Of a stretch of DNA of 20,000 nt, positions 18,721-20,000 are shown piece by piece. Source of the DNA: Alloascoidea hylecoeti (Eukaryota); assembly GCA_001600815.1 (NCBI GenBank), contig BCKZ01000006.1, positions 594,912-614,911 of the forward strand, in the 5' to 3' direction. How positions within the stretch are numbered: position 1 is the first letter of the stretch; each line of letters opens with the position of its first letter. The notes under the pieces are model-generated. The model was not told where the DNA came from. It did not search any database and saw only the letters and a program-made list of their open reading frames with translations. The position numbers and the translations under genes were made by a program.

Positions 18721-19552
18721 TGGAGTAACATTTTGATGTGTGCTAGTGTTTTGTTGCATTTCTTTATTTGCTTGTGTGTCATATCATTCAATTAGTTGTC
18801 AGCCTACAATTTTATAAGCTTATATATATGTAGAACAGATAAGTAGCTTGGAGCTTCTTGACATTTTTATTAGCATAATCATGAACATTCATAAATATTT
18901 ATAAAATAAAATCAATTTAATGATTACAATTATATCATCATTATCACCATCTACTACGTATCTAAATTGACAATCAGTTATAAGTTTCGAAAAACAATAA
19001 GGTAATTTTTTATTAAAACCATGCTATACAAGAATATATTAAATGAGAAAATTAATCATATTTAAAAATGATTAATATTAATTAATTTTAGGAGAATATC
19101 AAAAACTTTTATTTTTTCAAAAATAAAAAAATGAAATATAGAAGAAATTGTAGAAGGAATTGATTGAGATCCAAAAACTTTTTAGAAATTTCAAAAAGGT
19201 AATCAAAAATGTTATATATATATATATAATTATATATTCTTTTTTTAAAAAAATTGAATCCAGAGATATTATAAAGAAATATCAAAAGCCTGGGGAAAAA
19301 GAATAGGGGCTAAATTAACTTTAAGCCAAATTAAAAACTTTAAAGTGAATTCAAAAATGATGCAAATAATAATTTCAATTTCCATCAGAAAAAGAAATGA
19401 GAAAGATGGAGAACCCCCGGTTCTCTGATAATGAGTGTGATGCTGATAATGCCGTAAATGCTAATGCGATTAAAATGAGTGTGATGATGCCTATCTAATA
19501 ATGCAAAATAGAAAAAAACGATGAAATTAAAATCTCATGAAAACATTTAAAC

Positions 19553-20000
19553 TTATAAAAGATAAATGAATGCAACTAAACCAAAAAGGACACCAGAAGC
19601 AGTGTTCTTAGATCCTGCACCTGCATATGTTGGAACAGCAGCGAGACTTGGGGTAGCTGTAGAAGAAAGAACAGATGTTATAGCTGTAGCTTGACATTTA
19701 CTGCTAGTACATTCTACCGTAACACTTGTTGTTGAAGCTTCAGTAATAGCTGCAATTGAAGTCGAAGTTGCAACAGAAGCTTCTGGAGTAACTGTAGTGG
19801 GTTGTGCTACTGCTTCAATAGAAGTAGGAGTTGTTGGTGCAACTGAAACAGCAACTGATGTAGTACTAACAGGTGTAGCGACTGTAGTGGATTGTGCTAC
19901 TGCTTCAACAGAAGTAGGAGTTGTGGCAACAGTAACTGGTGTCTCAACTTCTGGAGTAGAAACAATAGTAGTAGCTGGAACTGTAACTACAGAACTGACG
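19553..20000 (-). CDS. 3' part of a Ser/Thr/Val/Ala-rich GPI-anchored cell-wall protein / flocculin-like adhesin (partial, 5' end outside window)
   Basis: Open frame from 19999: VSSVVTVPATT...TTSVTVECTSSKC...VPTYAGAGSKNTASGVLFGLVAFIYLL*. Flocculin-type TVxCxxxxC motif and a GPI signal (small residues, then a hydrophobic tail). Absent from the ORF track because no start codon lies in the window. Confidence 0.88.
   Translation of the reverse strand, partial: VSSVVTVPATTIVSTPEVETPVTVATTPTSVEAVAQSTTVATPVSTTSVAVSVAPTTPTSIEAVAQPTTVTPEASVATSTSIAAITEASTTSVTVECTSSKCQATAITSVLSSTATPSLAAVPTYAGAGSKNTASGVLFGLVAFIYLL
19791..19924 (-). repeat. 44-bp coding direct repeat x2 (90-bp period) in the wall protein: TTPTS[V/I]EAVAQ[S/P]TTV
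   Basis: 19791..19834 vs 19881..19924, 2 mismatches. Confidence 0.9.

Noticed and set aside
1..20000. CRISPR array or prokaryotic/phage defence system
   Set aside because: No regularly spaced repeat-spacer array; gene content and spliceosomal introns are clearly fungal.

Overview
AT-rich, intron-containing fungal genomic DNA, most likely a budding yeast (Saccharomycotina) from a lineage with short introns and relaxed branch points; the lineage call is inference. Left to right: 3' end of a ZRC1/COT1-like CDF zinc/cobalt transporter; tRNA-Gly(GCC); a decayed, possibly retroelement-derived stretch; a 1.56-kb near-perfect palindrome; a B-type cyclin with a hidden 12-nt first exon; a PTR2 peptide transporter; a three-exon VMA21; a two-exon ~1172-aa atypical CMGC/DYRK-like kinase (DFS in place of DFG) set head-to-head with a three-exon PlsC-family acyltransferase; TRS65; and the 3' end of a GPI-anchored flocculin-like wall protein. 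The palindrome is the standout. Its two 724-bp arms (3 mismatches by manual comparison) flank a 109-bp unique spacer and carry two identical, divergent 63-aa metallothionein genes. Each protein is a tandem duplication of an 8-Cys module. The spacer holds mirror-image Ace1/Amt1-like copper-response elements around an HSE core.
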